Assembly: GCF_000023205.1 (NCBI RefSeq)
Contig: NC_012803.1
Location: 2,280,001-2,312,000, forward strand
Direction: 5' to 3'
Origin: Micrococcus luteus NCTC 2665
GTDB taxonomy: Bacteria; Actinomycetota; Actinomycetes; Actinomycetales; Micrococcaceae
Length of the DNA: 32,000 nt
Shown piece after piece: positions 1 through 6,754 of the stretch. A program made the position numbers and the translations under genes. The notes beneath the pieces are model-generated. The model was not told the origin of the DNA. It worked only from the letters and a program-made list of their open reading frames with translations, and ran no database searches. The first letter of the stretch is position 1. Every line of letters starts with the position of its first letter.

Positions 1-358
1 CGAGGCGGTGCCGGGCGGAGGCGTGCACGGCGGGCTGGCCGCGCCGCAGCACGTCCCGATCGATGACGTCGTCGTGGACGAGCAGCGCGGTGTGCAGCAG
101 TTCGAAGGCGGCCCCGAGTCGGTCGACGGCAGCGCGGCCGGACGGAGGGACCGGGTCGGCGGTCGCCAGGCGCCAGCCGAGCTCGACGAGACGGGGGCGG
201 ATGAGCTTGCCGGCGCCCACATGGACGTGGAGCGAGTCGAGCAGCTCGGCGAAGGCGGCGGATCCGGGCGCCTGGGCCGCGGCGTGTCGGAGCGCGGCGT
301 CCAGCTCGGCGGTCACCCCGGAGAGCGCGGCCTCGCCGCCCGTCCTCGCTTCACCCAT
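1..358 (-). CDS. Polyprenyl (geranylgeranyl/farnesyl-type) diphosphate synthase, N-terminal fragment; the gene continues past the left window edge
   Basis: My reverse-strand translation from ATG 358 reads MGEARTGG...GAGKLIRPRL...LLVHDDVIDRDVLRRGQP. This contains the GKxxRP motif and the first Asp-rich DDxxD..RRG motif of trans-prenyltransferases. SD gaggagg lies about 4 nt upstream. It is absent from the ORF track because there is no in-window stop. Confidence 0.8.
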   Translation of the reverse strand, partial: MGEARTGGEAALSGVTAELDAALRHAAAQAPGSAAFAELLDSLHVHVGAGKLIRPRLVELGWRLATADPVPPSGRAAVDRLGAAFELLHTALLVHDDVIDRDVLRRGQPAVHASARHRL

Positions 359-421
359 GGCGCCTCCTCGGTGGCGGACACGACGCGGCACCGACCGCCG
401 CACCTGTTCGACCGTCTAACT

Positions 422-437
422 TCTGGACGCAGAAGAC
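422..437. promoter_or_regulatory. 16-bp palindrome CTTCTG-GACG-CAGAAG upstream of the prenyl synthase gene; candidate operator
   Basis: Perfect 6-bp inverted arms with a 4-bp spacer, about 65 nt upstream of ATG 358 on the minus strand, in a locally less GC-rich stretch. Confidence 0.3.
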
Positions 438-519
438 ACTACGGGCCGCGCCGGTCCCGCGTCCATCCGCGGCGGTCCCGGGCGGCGCGATCTCACGACG
501 CACGGGGCCGCCGGCGGGA

Positions 520-1068
520 TCAGGCGTCGGCGGACGCCGTCTCCAGGGTGATCTCCGGGTCCACGATCTGACCCTCCCACTCACCGGAGACCCCGTACAC
601 GACGCAGTGCTTCTCGTCGGTGCCGTAGTTGCCCAGCTCGGAGGAGGTCAGGACGGCCCCGTTCAGCTGGTCCTCCTTCTCCTCGCTCAGGCGCTGGGCC
701 TGGGCGGTGCAGGTCTGGGCGGCGGCGGGGTCGGCCTCCTCACCCTCGGCCACGGCCGGCACGGCCCACAGGTACTCCGCGGTGTGGGCGCCCTCGCAGT
801 CGGTGGTCTCGAAGGAGGACAGGTCACGCGCGCCGAGCGGGGCGGTGAAGCACGTGCCGGCCTCGTAGTCGGCCGGGGCCGCGGACAGCGACGACGCCGA
901 GGCGGACGAGGACTCCGCACCCTGCGTGGACGCGGAGGCGGGCGCCGTCGTCGAGGCGGACGCGTCGGCGTCGGACGAGTCCTGACCGCCGCACGCGGTG
1001 AGGGCCAGCAGCGCGGCAGCGGACAGGCCGGCAAGACGGGCGGAACGGGACAGGGCGGCGAAGGCCAT
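520..1068 (-). CDS. Secreted lipoprotein with Ser/Ala-rich linker and a 4-Cys C-terminal domain (possibly septum-formation-family-like)
   Basis: Internal ATG at 1068 with SD aggaga. The N-terminus MAFAALSRSARLAGLSAAALLALTAC GG is a signal peptide plus lipobox LTAC. The track ORF 520..1404 is trimmed to this start. Confidence 0.7.
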   Translation of the reverse strand: MAFAALSRSARLAGLSAAALLALTACGGQDSSDADASASTTAPASASTQGAESSSASASSLSAAPADYEAGTCFTAPLGARDLSSFETTDCEGAHTAEYLWAVPAVAEGEEADPAAAQTCTAQAQRLSEEKEDQLNGAVLTSSELGNYGTDEKHCVVYGVSGEWEGQIVDPEITLETASADA

Positions 1069-1200
1069 GGGATGCTCTCCTGGAGTGACGTGGGACGCGC
1101 CGGGGTGTGGCGCCGACCTCAGCACTCTAGCCACGCCCGGCCGTCGGGATCGGGCCGAGGTGACGTGGCCCACATCTGATGGGCGGCCCGGCTCGCCTGC

Positions 1201-1206
1201 CACACT
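1201..1206 (+). promoter_or_regulatory. -10-like box CACACT, 7 nt upstream of the idi ATG (putative leaderless promoter)
   Basis: Same geometry as the other TANNNT-N6/7-start cases in the window. The first base deviates from T. Confidence 0.35.
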
Positions 1207-1213
1207 GAGAGGC

Positions 1214-1843
1214 ATGCAGACCCCGGCCACGCCCTCCCCGCACGACCGCCCCTCCCCCGTCGTCCGACCGTGGATGGCGGCCTCGGACGTCCCGGTCGCA
1301 GGCCCCGACGACGTCGAGCGCGTGGTCCTGCTCTCCCCGGCGGGCGAGGCCGTGGGCACGGAGGCCAAGGCCGCGGTCCACCGCCGCACCGAGGACGGCG
1401 GCACGCCCCTGCACCTGGCCTTCTCCTGTCACGTGTACGACGAGGCCGGCCGGTTCCTGCTCACCCGCCGGGCGCTGGGCAAGGCGGCGTTCCCCGGGGT
1501 GTGGACCAACGGGTTCTGCGGGCACCCCGGCCCCGGCGAGTCCCCCGCGGAGGCCGTGCTGCGCCGCGCCCCGCAGGAGCTGGGCGTGGAGGTGTCCGAC
1601 GTCGTCGAGGTGCTCCCCGACTTCCGCTACCGGGCCGCGGACGCCTCCGGCATGGAGGAGCACGAGGTCTGCCCGGTGTTCCGAGCCCGGATGCACGGCG
1701 ACCCCGCCCCGGAGCGGGACGAGGTCGCGGAGTGGTGCTGGGTGGAGCCGGCCGGTCTGGCCGCCGCCCTGGCCGCCGTCCCCCGGGCGTTCAGCCCGTG
1801 GCTCGTGGAGCAGTGGCGGCAGGGGGCGTTCGACCCGCGGTGA
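1214..1843 (+). CDS. idi: Isopentenyl-diphosphate delta-isomerase, type 1 (Nudix fold)
   Basis: The translation contains HLAFSCHVYDEAGRFLLTRRALGKAAFPGVWTNGFCGHP...EHEVCPVF, typical of type-1 IDI. The start is uncertain between ATG 1214 and ATG 1274. Confidence 0.85.
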   Translation: MQTPATPSPHDRPSPVVRPWMAASDVPVAGPDDVERVVLLSPAGEAVGTEAKAAVHRRTEDGGTPLHLAFSCHVYDEAGRFLLTRRALGKAAFPGVWTNGFCGHPGPGESPAEAVLRRAPQELGVEVSDVVEVLPDFRYRAADASGMEEHEVCPVFRARMHGDPAPERDEVAEWCWVEPAGLAAALAAVPRAFSPWLVEQWRQGAFDPR

Positions 1844-1873
1844 GCGGGCGGCGCGGCCACGACGCGCGGGTCG

Positions 1874-2305
1874 TCAGCGGCCGTTGACGTCGTCGGCCGT
1901 GGACTGCACGGCCTCGTCCTGCCCCGGCTCGGCCTCGTCCTGCTGGCCCTGCTGTTCCTCGGCCAGGCGGTGGACCTCTGCGATGTCGAGGCCCTTGACC
2001 TGCTCGAGCAGCTGCTCGAGCGCGGTGCCCGGCAGGGCGCCGGCCTGGGAGAACACGAGCACGCCGCCGCGGAAGGCCATGAGCGTGGGGATGGAGGTGA
2101 TGCCGGCCATCGCCGCCAGCTGCTGCTGGTCCTCCGTGTCGACCTTGGCGAACACGACGTCGTCGTGCTTCTCCGAGGCGGCCTCGAACACGGGGGCGAA
2201 CTGGCGGCACGGGCCGCACCAGCCGGCCCAGAAGTCCACGAGCACGGTGTCGTTCTCGGCGACGGTGGAGCCGAACTCCTCGAGGGTCAGGTCCTTGGTG
2301 GCCAC
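1874..2305 (-). CDS. Thioredoxin with an acidic/Gln-rich C-terminal tail
   Basis: WCGPC active site (VLVDFWAGWCGPCRQFAP). GTG start at 2305 preceded by SD gaaagga. The track ORF 1874..3031 is trimmed. Confidence 0.9.
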   Translation of the reverse strand: MATKDLTLEEFGSTVAENDTVLVDFWAGWCGPCRQFAPVFEAASEKHDDVVFAKVDTEDQQQLAAMAGITSIPTLMAFRGGVLVFSQAGALPGTALEQLLEQVKGLDIAEVHRLAEEQQGQQDEAEPGQDEAVQSTADDVNGR

Positions 2306-2327
2306 GGTGGGTCCTTTCGTCAGCGGG

Positions 2328-2347
2328 GCCGACGCGAGCGCGTCGGC
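2328..2347 (-). promoter_or_regulatory. 20-bp perfect palindrome GCCGACGCG-AG-CGCGTCGGC in the predicted thioredoxin 5' leader
   Basis: 9-bp perfect inverted arms, lying between the predicted SigH/SigR-type promoter and the SD. Confidence 0.4.
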
Positions 2348-2364
2348 GATCGTCCTGCCGACCA

Positions 2365-2391
2365 CAACGGACGCCCCGCCGCACCTATTCC
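2365..2391 (-). promoter_or_regulatory. SigH/SigR (ECF, thiol-stress) type promoter GGAAT-N18-GTTG upstream of thioredoxin
   Basis: The minus strand reads GGAAT aggtgcggcggggcgtcc GTTG. This matches the actinobacterial SigR/SigH consensus GGAAT-N18-GTT exactly, and it sits upstream of a thioredoxin, a classic regulon member. Confidence 0.55.
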
Positions 2392-2403
2392 GCCCCACCC
2401 CCG

Positions 2404-2454
2404 CTTTCGTTCGGGAAACGGCGGCGTGTCCCGGCACTTTCGTTCGAGAAACGG
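2404..2454 (+). repeat. Repeat locus A: tandem dimer of the CTTTCGTTCGGGAAACGG family (units 2404-2421 and 2437-2454, period 33)
   Basis: CTTTCGTTCGGGAAACGG and CTTTCGTTCGAGAAACGG. Lies in the divergent trx/aroQ intergenic region, immediately upstream of the trx -35. Confidence 0.85.
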
Positions 2455-2506
2455 GTGCCTTCCACGCACTGTCGTGGCCGAGACGGGCGCCGTCGTCGTC
2501 GCTTCC

Positions 2507-2512
2507 TAGACT
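2507..2512 (+). promoter_or_regulatory. -10 box TAGACT, 6 nt upstream of the aroQ ATG (leaderless promoter)
   Basis: tccTAGACTgaccgcATG. The 10-mer TCCTAGACTG recurs at two other gene starts. Confidence 0.5.
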
Positions 2513-2518
2513 GACCGC

Positions 2519-2971
2519 ATGACCGCCACTCCCGCCCTGCCCCTGCTCGTGATCAACGGCCCCAACCTGAACCTGCTCGGCACCCGCGAGCCCGAGGTCT
2601 ACGGCACGGCCACCCTCGACGACGTCCATGCGCTCACCGAGGCCCGCGCGGCCGAGCACGGGCTGACCGTTGACTTCCGACAGTCCAACCACGAGGGCGA
2701 GCTCATCGACTGGATCCAGGAGGCCCGCACCTCCCACGCGGGCGTCCTCATCAACCCCGCCGCGTACTCGCACACCTCCATCGCGATCCGCGACGCCCTC
2801 GCCGCCGTGGACCGGCCGATCGCCGAGGTGCACATCTCCAACATCCACCGGCGCGAGGCGTTCCGACACCACTCGCACGTCTCCGCCGTCGCCGACGTCG
2901 TGATCGCCGGGGCGGGCGTCCAGGGCTACGCCCTGGCCGTCGACTGGCTCGCCGCGGCTGTGCGCCGCTGA
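2519..2971 (+). CDS. aroQ: 3-dehydroquinate dehydratase, type II
   Basis: [21 protein letters not shown] ... [14 protein letters not shown] ... [16 protein letters not shown] ... [11 protein letters not shown] are hallmark AroQ motifs. Confidence 0.95.
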   Translation: MTATPALPLLVINGPNLNLLGTREPEVYGTATLDDVHALTEARAAEHGLTVDFRQSNHEGELIDWIQEARTSHAGVLINPAAYSHTSIAIRDALAAVDRPIAEVHISNIHRREAFRHHSHVSAVADVVIAGAGVQGYALAVDWLAAAVRR

Positions 2972-3068
2972 GCGCTGGTCAGACCCCGCCTGGCCGTGCC
3001 TAGGGTCGGTGCTACGAACCGGTGGCCGCATTCAGGCCGCCGGCACCCGACGACGAAGGAGTCACGCC

Positions 3069-3551
3069 ATGGGCACCCAGGATCCCCGCGCCCGTCTGCT
3101 CGAGAGGCTCGCGAAGGTGCACGTCTGCATGCTGACCACCGCTGAGCGGGACGGCACGCTCGTCACCCGCCCGATGGGCCTGCAGCAGGCCGAGGACGGT
3201 GGCACGCTCTGGTTCATGACGCGCTCCACCTCCGACGTCGCCGCGGACGCTCCGCAGCGCCCGGTCAACGTCGCCGTGCAGGACAAGGACTTCTGGGCCT
3301 CCCTCGCGGGCCACGGTCAGCTCGTCCGCGACGACGCCCGCAAGAAGGAGTTCTGGAACCCGGCCACCGAGGCGTTCTTCGGTGAGGGCTCGAGCCCCGA
3401 GGATCCGCAGATCGTGCTCGTGCGCGTGGATGTGCAGACCGCCCAGTTCTGGGAGTCACCGGGCGCGGTGGCCACCGCCGTCGAGATGGTGAAGGCCAAG
3501 GTCACCGGCGGGACCGCCGAGCCGGGCGACAGCGAGACCGTCCGCTTCTGA
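3069..3551 (+). CDS. Pyridoxamine 5'-phosphate oxidase-like / general stress protein 26 family protein
   Basis: ATG 3069 with SD gaaggag. The sequence pattern (CMLTT...DGTLVTRPM...LWFMT...DKDFWASL...VRVDVQTAQFWE) is typical of the PNPOx-like split-barrel family. Confidence 0.75.
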   Translation: MGTQDPRARLLERLAKVHVCMLTTAERDGTLVTRPMGLQQAEDGGTLWFMTRSTSDVAADAPQRPVNVAVQDKDFWASLAGHGQLVRDDARKKEFWNPATEAFFGEGSSPEDPQIVLVRVDVQTAQFWESPGAVATAVEMVKAKVTGGTAEPGDSETVRF

Positions 3552-3566
3552 CGGCGCCTCCCGACG

Positions 3567-3598
3567 CCGGCCCCGCGGCTCCTCCGCGGACGGGCCGG
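3567..3598. terminator. GC-rich hairpin between convergent genes (CCGGCC-CCGCGG-ctcct-CCGCGG-acg-GGCCGG)
   Basis: Inverted repeat seen in the sequence between stop 3551 (+) and stop 3627 (-). There is no U-tract. Confidence 0.35.
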
Positions 3599-3626
3599 TG
3601 AGCGCCGCGCGAGGGGCCTCGGCAGG

Positions 3627-5024
3627 TCAGTCGACGTCCTCGGCCGCCAGCTGGCCGCACGCGCCGTCGATCTCCTTGCCACGGGTGTCGCGCAGGGTGG
3701 TGGGGATGCCGGCGGCGTTGAGCCGGTCCACGAACTCGCGCGTCACGTCCTTCTCCGAGGCGGTCCAGATGGAGCCCGGCGTCGGGTTCAGCGGGATCGG
3801 GTTCACGTGCACCCAGCCCTTGCCCCGGGCGTTGAGCTTCTTGGCCAGCAGGTCGGCGCGCCACGCGTGGTCGTTCATGTCCTTGATGAGCGCGTACTCG
3901 ATGGACACCCGGCGGCCGGTGGCCACGAAGTAGTCGTACGCGGCGTCGATCGCCTCGTCCGCCTTCCAGCGCGAGTTCACGGGGATCAGCTCGTCGCGCA
4001 GCTCGTCGTCCGGCGCGTGCAGGGACAGCGCGAACGTCAGCGGCACGCCCTCCTCGGCCAGCTTCCGGATGGCCGGCACCAGGCCCACGGTGGACAGCGT
4101 GATGTTCCGCGCGGACATGCCCAGGCCCTCGGGCGAGGGGTCCACCATGCGGTGCACGGCGGCCATCACGCGCTTGTAGTTGGCCAGGGGCTCACCCATG
4201 CCCATGAACACGACGTTGGTGACGCGGTCGGCGTCGTGCCCGCCGTCCTTGCGCTTGCCGCCCAGTCCGCCCTGGGCGATCACCTGGTTGGCCAGCACGA
4301 TCTGCTCCACGATCTCCGCCGTGGACATGTTGCGGGTCAGCCCGGCCTGGCCCGTGGCGCAGAACGGGCAGTTCATGCCGCAGCCGGCCTGGCTGGACAC
4401 GCACAGCGTCACGCGGCCGGGGTACCGCATCAGCACGGACTCCACGAGCGCGCCGTCGAACAGCCGCCACAGGAACTTGATGGTGTCCCCGCGGTCGGTC
4501 TCCATGCGCCGTACCTCGGTGAGCAGCGGCGGGAAGAACGCCTCCGCGATCGCCTCCCGCTTGTCCCTGGGCAGGTCCGTCATCTGCTCCGGATCGGTGG
4601 TGTAGTGCTCGAAGTAGTGCACCGAGAGCTGCTTGGCGCGGAACGCCGGCAGCCCGATCTCCTTGGCCTTCTCCTGCCGCTCCTTCAGCGTGAGGTCGGC
4701 CAGGTGGGTGGGCGGCTGGGAGACGCGCGGCTGCTTGAACTGCAGCTGCGGTCGGCCGTCCGGGCCCATCGGCTGGGTCCAGCCCTCGGTCTTCGGCATC
4801 ACCTGGGGGCGCTCGGCGGTGGCGGCCTCGCGGCGCTTGGGCGCGGAGAGCTGGTGGCCGACGCCGGCGCGGCGCATGCGCTCTCGGTCCTCGGCGAGCT
4901 GGCGCGCCTCGGACTCGTCGATCAGGCCGCGCTCGGGGCGGCCGAGGGCCGGCTTGCCGGCGCGGTCCCTCTGGCGGTTCGGGGTGGGCTTCGATCCGGG
5001 GCGGCGGGGCTGGTAGTCAGACAT
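3627..5024 (-). CDS. rlmN: Radical SAM 23S rRNA/tRNA adenine-C2 methyltransferase RlmN, with a long basic N-terminal extension
   Basis: [19 protein letters not shown] is the CxxxCxxC radical-SAM cluster motif, and GMGEPLANY is also present. ATG 5024 has SD gggaga 9 nt upstream. The track ORF 3627..5813 is trimmed. Confidence 0.9.
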   Translation of the reverse strand: MSDYQPRRPGSKPTPNRQRDRAGKPALGRPERGLIDESEARQLAEDRERMRRAGVGHQLSAPKRREAATAERPQVMPKTEGWTQPMGPDGRPQLQFKQPRVSQPPTHLADLTLKERQEKAKEIGLPAFRAKQLSVHYFEHYTTDPEQMTDLPRDKREAIAEAFFPPLLTEVRRMETDRGDTIKFLWRLFDGALVESVLMRYPGRVTLCVSSQAGCGMNCPFCATGQAGLTRNMSTAEIVEQIVLANQVIAQGGLGGKRKDGGHDADRVTNVVFMGMGEPLANYKRVMAAVHRMVDPSPEGLGMSARNITLSTVGLVPAIRKLAEEGVPLTFALSLHAPDDELRDELIPVNSRWKADEAIDAAYDYFVATGRRVSIEYALIKDMNDHAWRADLLAKKLNARGKGWVHVNPIPLNPTPGSIWTASEKDVTREFVDRLNAAGIPTTLRDTRGKEIDGACGQLAAEDVD

Positions 5025-5889
5025 CGGCACCATTCTCCCAGACGGGGCGGACTTCGCGGCGGGTCGCCTCCACGTCGACGGCGCCGCGCGGATTCCGCGT
5101 CCGGGGCAGCCCCCGCAGGACCCAGCGGACGACGACGCTGCGCACCGTCGCCGGCAGCGGCCGGTACAGGGTGCGCGCCAGCCCCCAGAGGCGTGCCTCC
5201 CGGACGGAGTCCCGCCCAGTCCAGGACCAACCGAGGCCGGCGCGCACGCGGCCTGGGAGGAGACCGGCGGTGACGAACCGGGCCAGGGGCATAGCCGCCC
5301 GCAGCGGCGCGGGGACGCCCTGGCCGGAGAACAGGTCGGCGGCGACCCGCCGCGCGTCGTCCGTGACCTCGAGCCGGGCCACCCGGTCGTCCCAGTAGTC
5401 CGCGAACGCCGCGCGGTCGACCGGCCAGGCGGAGGCGGGGACCTCGAGGCTCGTGGCGAGCGGGGCGTACCCGCGGTAGAGGCGGTCGGCGTCCTCGGCG
5501 TCGAGGGCGCCCCACATCCGGCGGCGCACCTGCTCCCCCATCGCATAGAGGGTGGCGGCCACCCAGAGCTGGGCGTCCGGGTCGGCGGCGTCGTAGGGGT
5601 GGCCTCCGGCGTCGAGCCCGCGGACCGGGCGGTGCGCCGCCCGCACCCGGTCGACGACCGCGTCGCGCAACGGCGCGGCCTCGGGGAGGGTGACCGCGTA
5701 GATGTAGGCGAGCGTGTGGCGGAGCCGGCGCATCGGGTCCTCGGTGAACCGGGAGTGGACGGCGACGCCGGCCCCCACCGGCCGGTGCGCCACCTGGAGC
5801 AGGATCGCCGCACCGGCGCCGGCGAGGATCACGGCCTCGCGGGCGAGGGCGGCCGCGGAGGTCGGGGCGGAGTGGCGGTCGGGGCGCAT
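5017..5889 (-). CDS. DUF2236 / MpaB-family oxygenase-like protein
   Basis: Consistent coding frame. The sequence pattern ([24 protein letters not shown]...) resembles the MpaB/DUF2236 family. The 3' end overlaps the rlmN start by 8 nt. Start ATG 5889 is chosen over 5991. Confidence 0.65.
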   Translation of the reverse strand: MRPDRHSAPTSAAALAREAVILAGAGAAILLQVAHRPVGAGVAVHSRFTEDPMRRLRHTLAYIYAVTLPEAAPLRDAVVDRVRAAHRPVRGLDAGGHPYDAADPDAQLWVAATLYAMGEQVRRRMWGALDAEDADRLYRGYAPLATSLEVPASAWPVDRAAFADYWDDRVARLEVTDDARRVAADLFSGQGVPAPLRAAMPLARFVTAGLLPGRVRAGLGWSWTGRDSVREARLWGLARTLYRPLPATVRSVVVRWVLRGLPRTRNPRGAVDVEATRREVRPVWENGADV

Positions 5890-5935
5890 GGTCCCAGCCT
5901 CGCACCGGGCCGGGCGGAGGGGCAGGGGGCCGAGA

Positions 5936-5951
5936 TGAACGGCGCCGTTCA
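5936..5951. promoter_or_regulatory. Perfect 16-bp palindrome TGAACGGCGCCGTTCA in an AT-enriched divergent intergenic region
   Basis: Seen directly, 47 nt upstream of ATG 5889 (minus strand). Additional GTTCA(C) half-sites occur at about 5958, 6069 (reverse), 6110 and 6121. Confidence 0.4.
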
Positions 5952-6234
5952 GCTTCTGTTCATCTTGCTGTTCGCCTGCCGCTCGTGGCACCTCGATCCG
6001 AAAACCGCATGATTGCGCCGATTTCGCAGCATGCAGGCATGCGCGGCGGAGTGCCTCAGGTCACGTTGGTGAACACGGAGTTGCACCCTGGGAGGGAATC
6101 TGTAAACTTGTTCACAAGCAGTTCACCTAGCGTTTACGGAACGCGAGGTCGGGACTCCACCGAACTCATCACCCGCGGCCCCGCCGCGACGATCCGCCGG
6201 ACTCATGGTCCGGCAACCGAAGGAGGTGCTCACC

Positions 6235-6507
6235 GTGAGCATCAACACGACCAGCCACCACCTGCCCACCGCCCCGAGCCCCCTCATGCAGCGCCACGTG
6301 CTCCAGCGCGTCGAGGAGACCCTCCTCCGCCGCTTCGAGGGCACCGTCACCGCCGAGACCGTCCGCTCGGTCGTCCGCGAGGTCGTCGCCGACCTCAAGC
6401 GCGGCGCCCGCATCACCACCTTCCTGCCGGCCCTTGCCGAGCGCGAGGCCACCCGCCGCCTCCAGGCCGCGACGCCGGCCCACGAGGCCATGGCCGTCGC
6501 CGCCTGA
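6235..6507 (+). CDS. Small stand-alone protein paralogous to the N-terminal domain of the downstream LMW-phosphatase-like protein (three-helix-bundle-type domain)
   Basis: GTG 6235 is preceded by a strong SD gaaggagg. HVLQRVEETLLRRFEGTVTAETVRSVV...FLPALAEREATRRLQA aligns with HVLEREVGPLMARFPGVADEATVRQLL...MLPTTAVQHAASRLRA of the 8197..8964 product. Confidence 0.55.
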   Translation: MSINTTSHHLPTAPSPLMQRHVLQRVEETLLRRFEGTVTAETVRSVVREVVADLKRGARITTFLPALAEREATRRLQAATPAHEAMAVAA

Positions 6508-6586
6508 TCCCTCACATCGACGCGAAGACCCGTCGGCCCGCCCCGCGAGGGGCCGTGGCCGGCGGGTCTTCTCGCCTCCCAGGACG

Positions 6587-6743
6587 CTTTCGTTCGGGAA
6601 ACGGCGGGTGCCAGAACGCTTTCGTTCGGGAAACGGCGTGAACGCTCCGGGGCGCCGTTCCATCGCCGCCCACGCGAATCCGGCGTGCGGCGTCGTTTCC
6701 CACACGAAAGCACCGCGACACGCCGCCGTTTCCCGAACGAAAG
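6587..6743. repeat. Repeat locus B: two forward units (6587-6604, 6619-6636) and two inverted units (6693-6710, 6726-6743) of the CTTTCGTTCGGGAAACGG family
   Basis: The outer units are perfect reverse complements over 21 bp (CTTTCGTTCGGGAAACGGCGG). The locus lies between convergent stops 6507 (+) and 6755 (-). Confidence 0.9.
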
Positions 6744-6754
6744 CGCGGGGGGCC

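Noticed and set aside
8-571. 187-aa plus-strand ORF at the left edge.
   Set aside because: The opposite strand (1..358) encodes a clear prenyl-diphosphate synthase N-terminus with Asp-rich motifs. The plus-strand product is Arg/Gly-rich with no motif.
5071-5096. A second SigH/SigR-like element, GGAAT-N18-GTG, upstream of rlmN (minus strand).
   Set aside because: The -10 part is GTG rather than GTT, it lies inside the MpaB-like coding region, and there is no functional link. It is likely a chance match.
3627-5813. Full-length 728-aa version of the rlmN ORF. Similarly over-extended track ORFs: 520..1404, 1874..3031, 13692..15005, 17968..19707, 19434..20051, 24282..25589 and 12340..13233.
   Set aside because: The N-terminal extensions are low-complexity and overlap other well-supported genes or promoter elements. 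Internal starts with an SD or a leaderless -10 box fit the homologous protein lengths.
5936-5951. TGAACGGCGCCGTTCA as a LexA SOS (Cheo) box.
   Set aside because: The Gram-positive/actinobacterial SOS box is GAAC-N4-GTTC. Here the spacing is N6, and the flanking genes are not SOS genes. It is kept only as an unassigned operator candidate.
6095-6123. GGAAT in the 5890-6234 intergenic region as an ECF -35 element.
   Set aside because: No GTT lies at the required 18-19 nt spacing. The nearest are at 10 and 21 nt.
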